Shown piece by piece: positions 22,110 through 24,000 of a stretch of DNA of 24,000 bases. The stretch is taken from contig DP000238.1 in NCBI GenBank assembly GCA_000200715.1, forward strand, positions 1,574,849 through 1,598,848. Direction: 5' to 3'. Source of the stretch: Cenarchaeum symbiosum A. Its GTDB lineage: Archaea > Thermoproteota > Nitrososphaeria > Nitrososphaerales > Nitrosopumilaceae. The translations under genes and the position numbers were made by a program. Below the pieces are notes generated by a model. The model made no database searches. It saw only the letters and a list, made by a program, of their open reading frames with translations, and was not told where the DNA came from. Each line of letters opens with the position of its first letter. The stretch's first letter is position 1.

Positions 22110-23703
22110 CGCGCCTCTCCAGCATGCGGGGCTTTGTATGGCAGAGGCCCTCGAGGAGCCCCTCTAGAAGCACGGCGCGCAGCCCGTCGTGATCCTGTCC
22201 TATGTCGGCCGCCTTGGCCTGTATGCCGTGCTCTCCGAGATCCGCCACCAGCTTTGCCTGCGCTTCTAGCGCCATCTCGAGGCGGGATTCGAGCAGCTTG
22301 GACAGGAGCGGGTGGTCTGCCATCTGGCGTTCATACGGGTCTGCCCCGCCGGACCACTGCATCTCCTGCGAGGACCTGAACGTCCCGGCGCCAAACTCGT
22401 CCTTGATCAGCTGCAGCTCTTCATCTACTGTTCCCTCGAGCAGCCCGAGGCACGCATCCCCAACTGCGGCATCCATTATCTCGGCAAATACGCGCGCCCT
22501 GTTCTCTACGGTATCGTCGAGCTCGGTGAGCTCAAACTTGGCCACCTGTTCTAGCGCATGAAAGTCGGACAGGCGGGGCGCCGGCAGGGCGCCGGCCGCG
22601 GTAGGCCTTGTCCGCTCCGCCTCGGATACGAGTATCTCGAGCCCGTGTATGCCGGTACGTGCGCTCACCCCCCTCTCCTGGTTTATCTGCCCGCTGTTTC
22701 GCATCCCGGCTATCACCCCAGCCAGCGCCCTGAGCGGCAACTCTGCAACCGCGGCAGGCGGCAGGCGGGCCTCCTGCATTATGATCATCATCTCGTCGTG
22801 GATGGTGGGGGGATAGTGCGTGTGGACGTGGCTTGCCAGGCGGTCAAGGAGCGGCTCTATCACCCTGCCCGAGTGGGTATAGTCGACGGGGTTTGCCGTC
22901 GCAAAGAGCATGGTCCTCGGCTCAAAGTACACGGGGTACGGGCCGGTGGTAAACCTGCCCTCCTGGAGCACCGAGAGCAGGGCGACCTGCTTGCGCGGAT
23001 CAAGGACGGGCAGCTCGTCTATGCAGAATATGCCGTGCTTTGCCTGCATCAGCTGGCCCGGCGAGTACGAGTCTATCCTGTACATTTCAGTGCCCTTTTT
23101 TGCAACCTTGACTGCGTCTATGCTGCCGACAAGGTCCCTCACTGTTGTATCGGGGGTGGCAAGCACGTACCGGAACCTGCGCGCGCCGCCGAGCCACTCG
23201 ACGGGAGTCTCGAGTCCCCTCTCACGCAGCACCTCCAGGCTCTCGGGGCTAACATGGAAGACCGGGCGGGAGGATCCTCCGGTTCCTTCCAATGCGTCCG
23301 CAAGGTCGGCTGCCGGCAGGTCCATGGGGCAGTCGTTGGTTGCGCTGTTTCGAATCACGGGGATGGGCGAGAGGAGGTTCTCGGCTATCGAGCGGACCAG
23401 CCTTGTCTTTGCCTGGCCCATCTGCCCTATGAGGAAGGTGTCGTGCCCCGACAGCAGGGCCCTGTCAAGCGCGGGTATTACATCGTCATCAAAGCCGATT
23501 ATCCCGGGGTACGCGCCCCTGCCCATGGATAACAGGTTGCGCCGGACCTGCTCCCGGGAGGAGGGCAGCTTGTAGTTTGCATCCAGCAGGCCGCCGAGTG
23601 TAGTGATATCGCCATATTCCTCGGGGGTGCCCGCCCGGACCTCCTTGTATGCAGGCTCTGCAGAGTAGCTACTCTCCACCATGGATCGCACATCGGGGGC
23701 CAA
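22087..23703 (-). CDS. AAA+ ATPase of the MoxR / ChlI (Mg-chelatase-like) class
   Basis: Walker A FLIGQMGQAKTRL, Walker B GIFCIDELPVLD, sensor region QVALLSVLQEGRF, MLFATANP, EPLLDRL. Two starts are possible. The TTG at 23703 fits the TATA box at 23727-23734 (27.5 nt). The ATG at 23682 (MVESSYSAEP) is the conservative alternative. The track start at 23994 adds ~100 implausible Pro/Cys-rich residues. Confidence 0.82.
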   Translation of the reverse strand: MAPDVRSMVESSYSAEPAYKEVRAGTPEEYGDITTLGGLLDANYKLPSSREQVRRNLLSMGRGAYPGIIGFDDDVIPALDRALLSGHDTFLIGQMGQAKTRLVRSIAENLLSPIPVIRNSATNDCPMDLPAADLADALEGTGGSSRPVFHVSPESLEVLRERGLETPVEWLGGARRFRYVLATPDTTVRDLVGSIDAVKVAKKGTEMYRIDSYSPGQLMQAKHGIFCIDELPVLDPRKQVALLSVLQEGRFTTGPYPVYFEPRTMLFATANPVDYTHSGRVIEPLLDRLASHVHTHYPPTIHDEMMIIMQEARLPPAAVAELPLRALAGVIAGMRNSGQINQERGVSARTGIHGLEILVSEAERTRPTAAGALPAPRLSDFHALEQVAKFELTELDDTVENRARVFAEIMDAAVGDACLGLLEGTVDEELQLIKDEFGAGTFRSSQEMQWSGGADPYERQMADHPLLSKLLESRLEMALEAQAKLVADLGEHGIQAKAADIGQDHDGLRAVLLEGLLEGLCHTKPRMLERRDAGYSPA

Positions 23704-23726
23704 CAGGCACACCCGCCAGTACGGGA

Positions 23727-23734
23727 ATTTATAA
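23727..23734 (-). promoter_or_regulatory. TATA box (minus strand TTATAAAT) of the ATPase-vWA-wHTH operon
   Basis: This is the only strong AT box upstream of the operon. Two GC hairpins (GGCCC..GGGCC at ~23741-23756 and GGGCC-TGTGTGT-GGCCC at ~23766-23782) lie further upstream. Confidence 0.45.
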
Positions 23735-24000
23735 CATTGCGGCCCCCTTGCGGGCCTGTACGGGGGGCCTGTGTGTGGCCCGGGGGGCGGAAGTTGCGTT
23801 GATGGCCGCAAAATGTTAAATTCATGCATGGGTGCCTGTATCATATGCAGACAGAAGGGGCAAGGGAGGAACGGATAGAGGTATTCCAGTGTATGCACTG
23901 TTTTACCTATGTAGCTGCAAGGGACGATCCCATCATGAGCATAGAATATGACAATCTGTCCAGCGACCACACTGCGGTTGTGCCCTGCAAACACTGTGAC

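Noticed and set aside
22558-23532. 324-aa plus-strand ORF. Similar long shadow ORFs occur at 8360-9094 (+), 11103-11867 (-), 18933-19757 (+), 14420-15067 (+), 6873-7490 (+) and 16910-17539 (+).
   Set aside because: All lie antisense to genes with strong family signatures (AAA+ ATPase, LarC, radical SAM, MCO, giant secreted protein, LarE). Stop-poor antisense frames are expected in GC-rich coding DNA. The translations are Arg/Pro/Ala/Gly/His-rich and motif-free.
23893-24000. Partial plus-strand ORF at the window edge: ATG at 23893 (MHCFTYVAARDDPI-) or ATG at 23935 (MSIEYDNLSSDHTAVVPCKHCD...). It could be the start of a small zinc-ribbon protein.
   Set aside because: Only 22-36 codons are visible. 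The first Cys of a putative CxxC pair lies upstream of the ATG. There is only a weak TATA-like box (TTTACCTAT, ~23902-23910). This is too little sequence to support a call, and the downstream sequence is needed.
1-24000. Search for tRNA/rRNA genes, transposases, integrases, terminal inverted repeats and prophage or defence-island hallmarks
   Set aside because: No cloverleaf-compatible sequence with a T-loop consensus was seen in any intergenic region. I found no rRNA-like stretches and no recombinase or transposase motifs in any frame. By eye, no compositional break was apparent apart from AT-rich promoters. The window looks like core or semi-core chromosome rather than a mobile island.

Overview
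GC-rich archaeal chromosomal segment, most likely from an ammonia-oxidising thaumarchaeon (Nitrosopumilales / Cenarchaeum-like). Supporting evidence: an unsplit rpoB directly preceded by rpoH, PEFG-type C-terminal sorting signals, a two-domain multicopper oxidase next to a ZIP permease, and TATA boxes centred about 26 nt upstream of start codons (leaderless mRNAs). I call about 21 protein genes. I found no rRNA, tRNA, CRISPR array, transposase or integrase. Gene order: rpoB(partial)-rpoH (-); three tandem PEFG-tail secreted paralogs (+); larC-larE-cysteine desulfurase (-), divergent from mdh-larB (+); a possible small ORF (-); a radical-SAM enzyme (+); a structured repeat region; then a minus-strand block of 2-domain MCO, ZIP permease, a 1039-aa secreted protein, a (PE)22-linker secreted protein and a 107-aa protein; a small membrane protein (+); and a tightly packed AAA+ ATPase - vWA - acidic winged-helix triad (-). 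Most worth following up: (1) a nickel-pincer-cofactor (lar) set with its own translationally coupled cysteine desulfurase and an embedded mdh, but no larA in view; (2) one ~85-aa secreted module reused in five proteins with three different C-terminal anchors; (3) the MCO-ZIP-giant surface protein block; (4) the ATPase-vWA-wHTH triad; (5) a 40-42 nt periodic hairpin repeat in a convergent intergenic gap. Many ORF-track entries are antisense shadows or N-terminal over-extensions. Several true starts appear to be TTG. All family assignments come from motif recognition by eye; no database search was run.
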